DNA of 64,000 bases from Planctomycetota bacterium (GCA_045863855.1 BTVV01000027.1:1-64000); one strand, 5' to 3'. Shown: positions 36,808-48,129, counted from the first letter of the stretch. Translations and numbers: made by a program. Notes: generated by a model not told the origin, from the sequence alone.

Positions 36808-37944
36808 TCAAGCGCGCTTGGCGCGCGTAATTACACCCAACAACAGCACGGCCAAAATCAGCGCGGCGAGCCCGCCACCGACCCCGACCCACAATCGCGA
36901 GCTTCCCATATCGTCCGGCTGCGTGGCGCTCGCTTCGGGCGCGGCCGGCGCTTCGGCCACGGCAGGCGCGGCGGCAAGCCCCACCAATGGAGGCAGCGCA
37001 TGGTCCACCGCGTGGCGGTCCGTCACCAGACGCTCCCATTCCACGGCCATCAGTAAATCGAATCCGGGATTCTGTTCCTTGATCTCGCACGAGCACGCGC
37101 CGGTGAGAAACGCGGCGACGCTGTTCAGCAATTCGGGTTGAATCTCTTCGCCCACCAGCGGATCCAGAACCCGGCCGCGGCCGAATAGTGGAAACGCGAG
37201 CGGCTGGCTCTGCTTGGCTGCAGCGGGAAAGGGCTGGAGCAGCAGGGCGCGCAAAACGGCCTCGTTCGCATCGTCGGCCCGAACGCGCAACAGAGACAGC
37301 TTCAACTTGAGCGGTTCGGGCTTTTCGGCGGCTTCGTTCGGCTCTTCCCCGGGGAAATGCTCGTCGTCGGGCACGGATAGGTCAGTGGTCTCCTCGAGGT
37401 GCTTGAATTGGCGCTCGATAACCTTGGCGGCTGCGTCGTCAAGAGCGGCATTCCCGCTCTCGATCAGCAACATCACGAACGAATCGCCGGTAAGCAGTCG
37501 GCGCGCCGATTCGCGGCGCAAGGGCGAATCGTAGAGCCCGGACTGGAGCGCTTCATCCAAGGTGCCCTGCCAGGCAATCAGAGGAAGCAATGGCGATCGC
37601 GGATACATCAGCACCGCATGCGCGTCGCCAGCCGCCACGTCCGCCAATTTGGCCAAGGGCTTTTCGAGAGCGCCTTCCAAATCCTTCAGGAATAGATCCG
37701 TAACCGGCTGGTCAAGATCCTGCTGCATCAGCATCCAGTTCGCGAACATCGCCGAACTATCGCCGGCCGTAAACTTTTTGACCGTTTCCTGCTTTGCTTC
37801 GTTCAGTGGGCCGCGGTGCAGAATGAGAAGCAGGTAAGGGTCCGAATCCCACCGCTCCAAGGCATATCGAAAGACCGGCGTGCTGCAGGCGCAGGCCGAA
37901 AACGAGGAACCGATCACGAGAAGCGCAAGCACGAAGCGTAGCAT
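36808..37944 (-). CDS. Exported, C-terminally anchored protein with Cys motifs
   Basis: Signal peptide, ACSTPVFRYALERW, FGRGR, GACSCEIKEQNPG and a C-terminal TM. AGGAG RBS. Confidence 0.85.
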   Translation of the reverse strand: MLRFVLALLVIGSSFSACACSTPVFRYALERWDSDPYLLLILHRGPLNEAKQETVKKFTAGDSSAMFANWMLMQQDLDQPVTDLFLKDLEGALEKPLAKLADVAAGDAHAVLMYPRSPLLPLIAWQGTLDEALQSGLYDSPLRRESARRLLTGDSFVMLLIESGNAALDDAAAKVIERQFKHLEETTDLSVPDDEHFPGEEPNEAAEKPEPLKLKLSLLRVRADDANEAVLRALLLQPFPAAAKQSQPLAFPLFGRGRVLDPLVGEEIQPELLNSVAAFLTGACSCEIKEQNPGFDLLMAVEWERLVTDRHAVDHALPPLVGLAAAPAVAEAPAAPEASATQPDDMGSSRLWVGVGGGLAALILAVLLLGVITRAKRA

Positions 37945-38082
37945 CAAAGTCCTCTCTCCTTACTTACACGTGGTATATACATTATGAGGCATTAAATTCG
38001 TAATCCTGATACTGGACTGGGCGATCTGCTTTTCGCGGCCCCTCAATACCTCTATGATAGGAAGGGAGTGTGGAGTCGAGCG

Positions 38083-38394
38083 ATGCCTACGGTAGACGAA
38101 ATGCGGGAGGCGCTCCGGGAGGTCTTCGACCCGGAGATTCCGATCAATATTCTAGACTTGGGGCTGATTTACGACCTGGAACAATCACAGCCGGGCCATG
38201 TGCAAGTCAAGATGACGCTGACCAATCCCGCCTGCCCCGTCGGCGATCAGCTTACGGCCAAGGTAAAGGAAGCCGTGGGGAAGCTTAACGGAGTCGAGAA
38301 GGTCGATGTAAATCTTGTCTGGGAACCACCTTGGAACAAAGACAAGATGACTTTCGAAGGCAAGCTCCAGTTCAATTTGCTGGGCTTCTCGTAG
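38083..38394 (+). CDS. DUF59/SufT-PaaD family metal-sulfur cluster assembly factor
   Basis: DPEIPINILDLGLIY, MTLTNPACP and WEPPW motifs. Confidence 0.92.
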   Translation: MPTVDEMREALREVFDPEIPINILDLGLIYDLEQSQPGHVQVKMTLTNPACPVGDQLTAKVKEAVGKLNGVEKVDVNLVWEPPWNKDKMTFEGKLQFNLLGFS

Positions 38395-38460
38395 CCTTTA
38401 CCCAAATTCCTATTCCTGTTTATTCTCCAAGTACCGACGCACAGGTGATTTTAAGCCGAT

Positions 38461-38517
38461 ATTACAGACAAGACTTATCCGAGATCACTTGAATCAGGAC
38501 AGGCTATCGCCTATAAA
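38461..38517 (+). promoter_or_regulatory. Sigma70-type promoter with adjacent Rrf2/IscR-like operator
   Basis: TTGAAT (38489-38494), 17 nt, TATAAA (38512-38517). ATTACAGACAAGACTTATCCGAGAT (38461-38485) has IscR type-1-like AT..GAC..TC..AT spacing. Confidence 0.6.
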
Positions 38518-38561
38518 GGGAAAGCCCTAGCAGAGCAGGACTATCGAACCGGGAGGCGGTC

Positions 38562-39032
38562 GTGAAATACTCGCAAAGTACCGAATGGGCGTTGGACAGC
38601 CTGTTCTACATCGCCGCGCATCCCGAACGGTTGGATTTCGGGGTTGAGGAAATTGCACACGCTCAGCAAGTGTCACCTTCGTATTTGGCCAAGATTTTCC
38701 AGCAGTTGGCAAAGGCGGGCATTCTTCGTTCGCATCGCGGCGCCAAGGGTGGGTATTCGCTGGGCCGGCCTCCGGCCGAGATCACGCTGCTGGATGTGGC
38801 GACGGTCTGCGAAGGTTCGATACCGCTGTACGACTGCAACGCTCCGGCGAAAAGCTGTTCGCTGGGGACCAAGTGCCTGATCGTGAAGACGTTCCGCGAA
38901 GCCGAGCGGCGCATGCACGAGACGCTGGCCGGCGTCACGCTGCAAGACCTGGTGGAGCACATGCGCGGCCACGGCGAGCAGGCCGATTGGCTGAAGGTCG
39001 GCAGCGCCGACGTCCAGAAGCTTTCGACGTAG
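38562..39032 (+). CDS. Rrf2-family transcriptional regulator (Fe-S type)
   Basis: wHTH with [17 protein letters not shown] and EITLLDV, plus a C-terminal Cys cluster. GGGAGG RBS. Confidence 0.93.
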   Translation: MKYSQSTEWALDSLFYIAAHPERLDFGVEEIAHAQQVSPSYLAKIFQQLAKAGILRSHRGAKGGYSLGRPPAEITLLDVATVCEGSIPLYDCNAPAKSCSLGTKCLIVKTFREAERRMHETLAGVTLQDLVEHMRGHGEQADWLKVGSADVQKLST

Positions 39033-39042
39033 GGGAGACACC

Positions 39043-40488
<1,446 letters not shown>

Positions 40489-40522
40489 TGCGCGGCGCCG
40501 GTGTTGCGCCGTCGCGCCATTC

Positions 40523-40546
40523 GTAGCGCCTGCATCTTGCAGGCGC
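40523..40546 (+). repeat. GTAG-type REP-like hairpin in the sufB-sufC spacer
   Basis: GTAG overlapping a perfect 9-bp stem GCGCCTGCA-TCT-TGCAGGCGC. Confidence 0.55.
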
Positions 40547-40568
40547 CCAAAGGGGAGTCGGACCAACG

Positions 40569-41333
40569 ATGCTCGAGATCAAGAACCTCCATGCCTGCGT
40601 CGAAGGCAAGGAGATCCTCAAGGGACTGAACCTCTCCATCCAGGCCGGGGAGGTGCACGCAATCATGGGGCCCAACGGCTCCGGCAAGAGTACGCTCGCG
40701 CAGGTGCTATGCGGCCGCGAAGAGTACGAAGTCACCGCGGGCACGGTTACCTACGCAGGCAAGGACCTGCTGGAGATGGACCCCGAGGTTCGCGCGCGCG
40801 AAGGCATCTTTCTGGCCTTCCAGTATCCGGTCGAAATTCCAGGCGTGGGCAACACCTACTTCCTGCGCACGGCGCTAAACGCAATTCGCACGCACCGCGG
40901 GCTGGAAGAACTCGACGCGATGGACTTCCTGGAACTGACGCGCGAGAAGATGAAGCTGCTCAAGATGGACGAAAGCCTCCTGCGCCGCAGTGTCAACGAA
41001 GGCTTTAGCGGCGGCGAGAAGAAGCGCAACGAGATCTTTCAAATGGCGGTGCTGGACCCGAAGCTGGCGATTCTCGACGAGACCGACAGCGGCCTGGACA
41101 TCGACGCGCTGCGCATCGTCTCCGACGGTGTGAACAGCCTGCGCGGGAAGGACCGCGCGGTGCTGGTGGTGACGCACTACCAGCGCCTGCTGGAGTACAT
41201 CGTTCCCGATTTCGTCCACGTGCTGGCCGGCGGCCGGATCGTGCGCAGCGGCGGGAAGGAACTGGCGCTCGAACTGGAAGCCAAAGGTTACGCCTGGGTC
41301 GATGAACTCGCGGCCAAGACCGGCGCTCGATAA
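40569..41333 (+). CDS. sufC: Fe-S cluster assembly ATPase SufC
   Basis: GPNGSGKST, FQYPVEIPGV, FSGGEKKRNE and LDETDSGLDIDAL motifs. Confidence 0.98.
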   Translation: MLEIKNLHACVEGKEILKGLNLSIQAGEVHAIMGPNGSGKSTLAQVLCGREEYEVTAGTVTYAGKDLLEMDPEVRAREGIFLAFQYPVEIPGVGNTYFLRTALNAIRTHRGLEELDAMDFLELTREKMKLLKMDESLLRRSVNEGFSGGEKKRNEIFQMAVLDPKLAILDETDSGLDIDALRIVSDGVNSLRGKDRAVLVVTHYQRLLEYIVPDFVHVLAGGRIVRSGGKELALELEAKGYAWVDELAAKTGAR

Positions 41334-41348
41334 CAAGGATTCCCAGAG

Positions 41349-42677
41349 ATGCCTGCCAAGATGGAAAGCGCCGAGAGTTTCCTGGGCGCATACGCGGATT
41401 TCGAGCGTGCGGCGAACGCGCAGCCGGCCTGGGCCAAGCAACTCCGCCAGGCCGCGCGCGAACACGCGCTGGCGCTGGGCATCCCGACCACCCGGCACGA
41501 AGAGTGGCGCTACACCAACGTGAGTTCCTTGGCCAAACGCGCGCATGCGCTCGCCCCGGCGGCGAAGGCGGATGCCGCGCACATCGCCGGGCATACGTGG
41601 CCCGCACTGAACGGCATCGTCCTGACGGTGCTCGACGGGCGCTTCGCGCCGGCGCTTTCGTCCACGGGCGCGCTGCCTTCCGGCGTGACCGCCTGCGGGC
41701 TGGCCGAAGCGATCGCGAAAGAGCACCCGGCCGTCCAGAGGCATCTGGGCCGGCTCGCGCGCACATCCGAGGCTCCGTTCGTAGCGCTGAATACGGCCTT
41801 CCTCAGCGACGGGGTCTTCCTGCAGGTGCCGAAGGGCGTCGCGGTAGAGGCACCGATTCATCTCCTCTTCGTCAACACAGGCGGTTCGGATACCGTCCGG
41901 CACACGCGCAGCCTGCTTGTCTTCGAAGCCGGAAGCCGCGCCACAGTGCTGGAGCATTACACCGGCACAGGGGAGGCGCCGTGCCTGACCAACGCCGTGA
42001 CCGAAGCCTTCGTCGGTCCCGGCGCGGCGGTGGACCACACCAAATTGCAGCAGGAATCGGCCGCGGCGTGGCATATCGCCAGCGCCGAGGCATTGCTGAG
42101 CGAAAAATGCGACTACGCCGCGCATTCGATCTCGCTGGGCGGGCGGCTCACGCGCAACGACGTGAACGCGAAGCTGGACGCCGAGCATATCGAGTGCACG
42201 GTCAACGGGTTTTACGTCACCGAAGGCGACCAGCACATCGATAACCACACGCTGGTAGACCACGCCAAGCCCAACGGGCACAGCTACGAAGTTTACAAAG
42301 GCGTGCTCGACGAGCGCTCGGTTGCCGTCTTCAATGGCAAAATCTTCGTACGCGAAGGCGCGCAGAAGACCGACGCGAAGCAGGACAACAAGCACCTGCT
42401 GCTCTCGCGCGACGCCGAGGTCCAGACCAAGCCGCAGCTCGAGATTTTCGCCGACGACGTGAAGTGCACGCACGGAGCCGTGGTGGGACAGCTCGATCCG
42501 AACGCGGTCTTCTACCTGCGCACGCGCGGGATCGGACAATCCTCGGCTCGGCGCATGCTCACCTTTGCCTTCGCCGAAGAGGTCCTTGGCGAGATCGAGC
42601 ACGCCGGGGTACGCGAGCGCGTTGCCGAATTGGTTCGTGCGCGCATGGCCCAGGCGCCCAGCCTGCGGGCAAGCTGA
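41349..42677 (+). CDS. sufD: Fe-S cluster assembly protein SufD
   Basis: EEWRYT, FNGKIFV, AQKTDA, KPQLEIFADDVKCTHGA and FYLRTRGI motifs. Confidence 0.97.
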   Translation: MPAKMESAESFLGAYADFERAANAQPAWAKQLRQAAREHALALGIPTTRHEEWRYTNVSSLAKRAHALAPAAKADAAHIAGHTWPALNGIVLTVLDGRFAPALSSTGALPSGVTACGLAEAIAKEHPAVQRHLGRLARTSEAPFVALNTAFLSDGVFLQVPKGVAVEAPIHLLFVNTGGSDTVRHTRSLLVFEAGSRATVLEHYTGTGEAPCLTNAVTEAFVGPGAAVDHTKLQQESAAAWHIASAEALLSEKCDYAAHSISLGGRLTRNDVNAKLDAEHIECTVNGFYVTEGDQHIDNHTLVDHAKPNGHSYEVYKGVLDERSVAVFNGKIFVREGAQKTDAKQDNKHLLLSRDAEVQTKPQLEIFADDVKCTHGAVVGQLDPNAVFYLRTRGIGQSSARRMLTFAFAEEVLGEIEHAGVRERVAELVRARMAQAPSLRAS

Positions 42678-42697
42678 AGCGGAGCATTGAGCGCACC

Positions 42698-43144
42698 ATG
42701 TCCGATCTCGATGAATTGTACCAAGAGGTCATCTTCGACCACAGCAAGAAGCCGCGAAACTGCCGCAAGCTGGAGCACCCCACATGCGATGCGGGCGGCC
42801 ACAACCCGCTCTGCGGCGACCACGTTCACATCTATCTCGATCTGGACGGCGAGACGATCAAGGATGTGAGCTTCGAAGGCAAGGGCTGCGCGATCTCCAC
42901 AGCCTCGGCTTCGATGATGACGGGCCTTCTGAAAGGCAAGACCCGCGACGAAGCCCAGAAGCTCATCGACGGCTTCATCGCTCTGGTGACGGACGAAAAG
43001 GCGACTGCCAGCGACGAGCTGGGCAAGCTGAAGGTTTTTTCCGGCGTGCGCAAATTCCCGGTGCGCGTGAAGTGCGCGAGCCTCGCCTGGCGCACCGCCG
43101 AAGCCGCACTGAAGCGCGAAACCAAAGCGATTTCCACCGAGTGA
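42698..43144 (+). CDS. sufU: SUF system NifU-like sulfur-transfer protein
   Basis: LYQEVIFDH, NPLCGD, GCAISTASAS and RVKCASLAW motifs. Confidence 0.95.
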   Translation: MSDLDELYQEVIFDHSKKPRNCRKLEHPTCDAGGHNPLCGDHVHIYLDLDGETIKDVSFEGKGCAISTASASMMTGLLKGKTRDEAQKLIDGFIALVTDEKATASDELGKLKVFSGVRKFPVRVKCASLAWRTAEAALKRETKAISTE

Positions 43145-43160
43145 TCCGGAAGCGCACGCC

Positions 43161-43712
43161 ATGACGCCCGCCTCGATCGAACTGACGCGCGAAGTCCCCG
43201 CCGTACTGGTCCCCAGCGGGCAGAGCACCTTGGTGGCGCAAGGCACCAAGGTCACCATCGTCCAATCGCTGGGCGGCAGCCACACGGTGATCACCGATCA
43301 AGGCATGATGGTGCGTATCGACGGGCGCGACGCCGACGCTTTGGGCATGGAACCCGAAAAGGCGCCGGAAGCCTCGGCCGCCCCCGCGGCAACCCCCGAC
43401 GAACTGCGCGAGCACATCACGCAGGCCTTACGCAAGGTGTACGACCCCGAGATACCGGTGAACGTCGTCGAATTGGGTCTCGTGTACGGCTGCCACGTCG
43501 ATACGCTGGCCGAAGGCGGCTACAAAGTCGTGGTGGACATGACGCTGACGGCCCCCGGCTGCGGGATGGGCGATGTGCTCCGGCGGGACGCGCTGAAGCG
43601 CATCCAGGAACAGCCTGGCGTCAAGGAAGCCGAGGTGAAGATCGTGCTCGATCCGCCTTGGGACAAGAGCAAGATGTCGGACGCCGCGCGCTTGCAGCTC
43701 GGCATGTTCTGA
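43161..43712 (+). CDS. sufT: Fe-S cluster assembly protein SufT (long form)
   Basis: QSLGGS...RIDGRDADALG N-terminal domain plus DUF59 (DPEIPVNVVELGL, TLTAPGCGMG). Confidence 0.92.
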   Translation: MTPASIELTREVPAVLVPSGQSTLVAQGTKVTIVQSLGGSHTVITDQGMMVRIDGRDADALGMEPEKAPEASAAPAATPDELREHITQALRKVYDPEIPVNVVELGLVYGCHVDTLAEGGYKVVVDMTLTAPGCGMGDVLRRDALKRIQEQPGVKEAEVKIVLDPPWDKSKMSDAARLQLGMF

Positions 43713-43719
43713 TCAAGTC

Positions 43720-46700
43720 TTAGCGCTTCCAGGACGTTCCTTTGCGCACCAGCCGCACCGTCTGCTCTCCGCCCGTCTCGCCTACTTCGATCCGTATGCG
43801 CAAATCCTCCGACTGGCGCGCATCGCCGGCGGCGTTCAGGACCGGCGCGATGCCGAAAACGCCAGGGCCCGAACTGTCCATGTAGTTGGTACTGAGCGTC
43901 ACTTGTCCGCGGCTCGCCAGGAACTTCAGCAGCGCGATTCCTCCGGGCACATGCCGCGGACGCGTGTAGGTAAAGGTGGTGCCGCCTTGCGCCGCAAAGG
44001 TTGCGCCGCCCACCGAGCCGTCTCCCACCGTTTCGACGTACAGCCCCAGAGTCACCTCAGCACCCACACCGCCGGTGGGATCGTACTCCGTGTCCGCGGG
44101 AGGCCAGAAGAGCGCCGTTAGCTGCAGGCGCTGTTGCACGCCGCCCGCTGCGCTCTTTTGCGTGATCAGGAGCTTGTCCACAAAGAAGGCACCCAGCGGC
44201 GCCTCGCTGCCCGAGCCGCCCATTTTGAATTGGCCTTTGCCGGACGTGCCCGCGCGCCGGCATGTATAGCGCGTGCCCAACAGCGTCTGGGCGCGCCATC
44301 CTCCTGCACCGCCGATTTCCAGCAGCACCGGGACCGTCACCAGCCGGCTCGTCACGTTGCTCTCGTCGCTCGCGCCCAACGCATCCAGCGCAGCCGCCAA
44401 CGCCGCGTTCTTGACCGTCGCGCTCCAGACGCCCGTTGCGGGGGCGAAGCTGAACTTGATGTTCGGAATGGCCCCGGCCGGAGTCTGCCAGAGCGATTTA
44501 GTGCCGCTCGACGAAACGGGCGCGGCGGCCGTCAGCGACACGCCGGCGCATTCGATGCGCAGCGCCTGTCCCGCCAGATTCGCCGGATCGAGTCCCGCCG
44601 CGATCAGTACGGCGGGGTTGAGCTTGCCTTTCAGCGTAAGGTGATCCGCTTGCGGACCGATGCGCTGGGCGAGCGCGAAATTTAGGACGTACAGCGCCTG
44701 GTCGATGCGCAAGTCGGCATCCTGCACGATGCCGCTGACGATCACGGTCACGGCATCGGACGCGGACGCACCAACCCGGTCGGTGGCCGTCACGGTCACG
44801 GTGTACTCGCCGACGGCCTCGAAGGCATGCATGGCCTGGGCGCCCGCGCCGAACGAGCCGTCGTCGAAATCCCACGCGTAACTCACCGCGTCACCGGCGT
44901 CCGCGTCGCCGCCCGACGCGCCAAAGACAAACGACTGGCCTGGCACCAGGTACAGCGGGGGCGAAGCGGGATCGTCGATGGCCACGGTGGGCGCTTGGTT
45001 GGCGTTGAAGATCCGTACGTCCAGATCCTGTTGCGAGGACATTCCGCCCACATCGGCTAGGCTTTCGGCGCGCGCACGCAGGGTGTAATTGCCGTCGGGC
45101 AAGCCGGTGGTATCGAAGCTCCACGTGTAGGGCGGGGTTCCGGCTGTCTGTGTGGCCTGTACGCTGCCGCCTTGGCGAAGCTCGAAGACCACCTGCTGGA
45201 TCCCGTCGCCCTCTTCGGTACCGGCGTCGGGATCGTGGGCCAAGGCCAGGGCGTTCAGCGTTCCGGCAACCCAACTCCCGTCCGCGGGCTGCGGCACGCT
45301 CACGACGGGATCGCGCTGCGGGAGCGAATCGATCCACGCGGCCAGCACGGAAAGCGCGGCAGCATCGGGCAAGTTCCGGGCGAGCGGCGGCATCTGATTG
45401 GCGCCGACCAGTCCCATGCGGTGATGGACGATCGAACGGCTCACGCTGGCCGGCGCGACCGCGCGCGCAAACGCGATGCCCAGTGGATTATCCACCGGTC
45501 CGTCGATGAGGTTTTGCTGCGCCAGCGCGGTATCGAAGCGCGCATCAAAATTCGCCGGCGCTCCGCCTGGGCGATGGCATTGCCCGCAGTTCGCGTCCAG
45601 ATAAGAGCGTGAACGGTGCTCCAGAGTTGCCGTTGGGTCGCCCACCGCGGCAAGCGCCGCGAAGCCGGGAATCGAGGCTTCGTTTAGCGGGCTTCCGAAG
45701 AGACCGATATAATTCCATGAGCGCAGTTGGTTGTCGATCTCCCCGGTTTGCGGATAGAGCAAGAGCCCGTTCAGTTGCCGTGTGTTGGCGCCCAAAATAT
45801 GCCCCGCGTTGAGCGTATGGCAGGTCAGGCATGCGCTGCGACTAGGGTAGCTCCAGGTCTGCACGCGGCTGCCGCCGCCCTCAAGCTGGATCGTAACCTC
45901 CTCATCGAGCTCATCTGCCAGCAGGTCGGCGTCGGAATGGTCGGCGCGCCACTTGTAGGTGACGCCGTAGACCGAGCCGTCGGCTTTGACGATCAGCAGG
46001 CGCGTTTCGAGGCGCTTGCGCGCGGATGGACTGGCTTCGTCGATGCCCAGTTCGAAATGCTTCACGAAGACCGTGCCCGCCGGAAAGGTCCACGCGCCGG
46101 TGGGCGCAAAGCCGACCGTCGTGCCCGTGGGGATGCTGACCCAGCGCGATTTGATCGCAGCATCGGACCAGAGCGGACTGTTCACATTAAAGGGGATCAG
46201 CGCGGCGCTGGGCGTGAGCGCCGCGGCATCGTCGAACGCGCCGGTCTGCGAGAGCAGCGCCGGAAGCGTTCCGAGTTCGCTCGCGGGCATGTTGAGGAAG
46301 GGATCCGCGCCGGGCCGCGCCACGAGCCCGTATCGGGAGACTTGGAGCGTGAAGCTTTGCGTCGCATCGGGCAGGACGCCGTTGTACGCGCGCAAGGTCA
46401 CTGGAAACGAACCTTCCGCGGAAGGCGTCCAGGTCACCTCGCCCGTCAACGTATCGACATCCATGCCCGCCGGGTGCTGCGTCAGTTCGTATAACACCAC
46501 GCCGGTACCGGTAGCCTGCGCATCGTACAGGTACTCGATGCCCACGTTGGCCAGTAGACCGGGCGTGGTGGTGAATACCGGCGGACCGTCGTTATCTTCG
46601 ATGGTCAGGGCGTGGAAGGTGGTGCCCAAAACCGCATTAGACGGGGCACTAAGCGTCACGTGGACGCTCTCGGCGGGTTCGTCGAGCGTGTCTTCAAGAA

Positions 46701-48129
46701 TGGTAAGCGGAATGAACTGCGAGGTCTCGCCGGGATCGAAGGTCAGCGTACCCGCCGTCAACGTATAGTCGTCGACACCTGAGGCCGTGCCACCGGTCGC
46801 CGCGTACTGCACGGTAACGGTCTGTTCGCTGGGGTGGCTGAGTCTCACTTCGATGCTCGTCGCACCCGCGGATTCGTCCACGCTTTGCGAGGCGCCAGCA
46901 AATTCGACAGTCGGTGCGGCGACTACGATGCGGTACACGTCGCCCGAGCCAAGCTCGCAGAAGTAAAGTTCGCCCGCGGAATCCTCGCCGAACGACGATG
47001 GTCCTTGCGGCTGAATCTGGCTGGTGCGTTGCACCGCTTCGCTCACCGTCGTGCCGTCGTAGCGCAGCGTCCACATCCGGCTCGAAACGTAGTCGGCGTA
47101 GAAATAGGTGCCCTGCAATTCGGGAAAGGCAGAACCGCGATAGACATGCCCGCCGATGACCGCATGTCCGACGCCGGAGGTGTAATCGATTACCGGATCG
47201 GTGGCGGTGGTTACCGGCGTGCCGCCGACGCCGGGTGTGGCGATAAACCCCTCGCGGGGCCGCCAGCCGAAATTTCGGCCTCCCGCGCCGGCGGGAATGA
47301 AGTCGACTTCTTCGCGCGCCCCTTGGCCCACGTCGCCGATCCAGAGATCGCCCGTCTGCCGGTCGAAGCCGCAGCGAAACGGATGGCGCAGGCCGAAGGC
47401 CCAGATTTCCTGCCGGTAGGTCCCGTGATTCTTGAACGGATTGCCGTCCGGAATCGCGTAAGGCGTCCCGCCGTCCACGTCGATGCGCAGAATCTTACCT
47501 AGCAAAACCGTGCGGTCTTGACCGTTCCCCATAGTGCCGTGCCCGTCGTTGGCACCGCCGCCGTCGCCGAAGGCGATGTACAAAAATCCGTCGAGCCCGA
47601 AGCCCAGCCAGCCGCCGTTATGATTGCTCTCAGGCTGGGGCGTCGTCAGGATCACCGTGCGGCTGTCCGGATCGGCGACATTCGAAGTGGCCGGATCGCC
47701 GGTAACTCGGTAGCGCAAAATATCGGAGTGGCTCGGTCCGCTTGAAGTGACGTGTACATAAAAGTAGCCATTTGTCGCGTACTGTGGATGGAACGCCAGC
47801 CCCAGCAAGCCTTGTTCGTTGCCGGTGGTCATGCCCGCGATGGTGATAAAGGGCGTGGCCAAGGTCTGGCCCGTGGTTCGATTGAGGATGCGGATGCGGC
47901 CGGTGTGCTGTTCGGCGATGAAAAGCCGCGCCGCATCGCCCGGCACGGCAGTCACGGCGACCGGGCGGCTGAAGCCCTCGCCCACCAGGACCTTACTCAG
48001 GACCAAATCTGCGGCCTGCGCGTGTGCCGCCAGGAACACCAGAATCAGGCTTAGCGCGAATTTTGTTCGCGCGAACGACGTTCGACGATCCAACGGTGCC
48101 GCATCGCGCGGCCTATAAAGGCAAGCCAT
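43720..48129 (-). CDS. Exported multidomain protein: PQQ-dependent sugar dehydrogenase (GSDH) propeller, Calx-beta, Ig, diheme cytochrome c, Ig, PKD, C-terminal domain
   Basis: GSDH motifs EQGLLGLAFHP, NHNGG, GDGG, LLGKILRID, GLRHP and GDVGQ. Calx-beta GTLTFDPGET. CLTCH and CGQCH with a QMPP ligand. PKD motif WDFDDG. Start uncertain. Confidence 0.9.
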   Translation of the reverse strand: MACLYRPRDAAPLDRRTSFARTKFALSLILVFLAAHAQAADLVLSKVLVGEGFSRPVAVTAVPGDAARLFIAEQHTGRIRILNRTTGQTLATPFITIAGMTTGNEQGLLGLAFHPQYATNGYFYVHVTSSGPSHSDILRYRVTGDPATSNVADPDSRTVILTTPQPESNHNGGWLGFGLDGFLYIAFGDGGGANDGHGTMGNGQDRTVLLGKILRIDVDGGTPYAIPDGNPFKNHGTYRQEIWAFGLRHPFRCGFDRQTGDLWIGDVGQGAREEVDFIPAGAGGRNFGWRPREGFIATPGVGGTPVTTATDPVIDYTSGVGHAVIGGHVYRGSAFPELQGTYFYADYVSSRMWTLRYDGTTVSEAVQRTSQIQPQGPSSFGEDSAGELYFCELGSGDVYRIVVAAPTVEFAGASQSVDESAGATSIEVRLSHPSEQTVTVQYAATGGTASGVDDYTLTAGTLTFDPGETSQFIPLTILEDTLDEPAESVHVTLSAPSNAVLGTTFHALTIEDNDGPPVFTTTPGLLANVGIEYLYDAQATGTGVVLYELTQHPAGMDVDTLTGEVTWTPSAEGSFPVTLRAYNGVLPDATQSFTLQVSRYGLVARPGADPFLNMPASELGTLPALLSQTGAFDDAAALTPSAALIPFNVNSPLWSDAAIKSRWVSIPTGTTVGFAPTGAWTFPAGTVFVKHFELGIDEASPSARKRLETRLLIVKADGSVYGVTYKWRADHSDADLLADELDEEVTIQLEGGGSRVQTWSYPSRSACLTCHTLNAGHILGANTRQLNGLLLYPQTGEIDNQLRSWNYIGLFGSPLNEASIPGFAALAAVGDPTATLEHRSRSYLDANCGQCHRPGGAPANFDARFDTALAQQNLIDGPVDNPLGIAFARAVAPASVSRSIVHHRMGLVGANQMPPLARNLPDAAALSVLAAWIDSLPQRDPVVSVPQPADGSWVAGTLNALALAHDPDAGTEEGDGIQQVVFELRQGGSVQATQTAGTPPYTWSFDTTGLPDGNYTLRARAESLADVGGMSSQQDLDVRIFNANQAPTVAIDDPASPPLYLVPGQSFVFGASGGDADAGDAVSYAWDFDDGSFGAGAQAMHAFEAVGEYTVTVTATDRVGASASDAVTVIVSGIVQDADLRIDQALYVLNFALAQRIGPQADHLTLKGKLNPAVLIAAGLDPANLAGQALRIECAGVSLTAAAPVSSSGTKSLWQTPAGAIPNIKFSFAPATGVWSATVKNAALAAALDALGASDESNVTSRLVTVPVLLEIGGAGGWRAQTLLGTRYTCRRAGTSGKGQFKMGGSGSEAPLGAFFVDKLLITQKSAAGGVQQRLQLTALFWPPADTEYDPTGGVGAEVTLGLYVETVGDGSVGGATFAAQGGTTFTYTRPRHVPGGIALLKFLASRGQVTLSTNYMDSSGPGVFGIAPVLNAAGDARQSEDLRIRIEVGETGGEQTVRLVRKGTSWKR

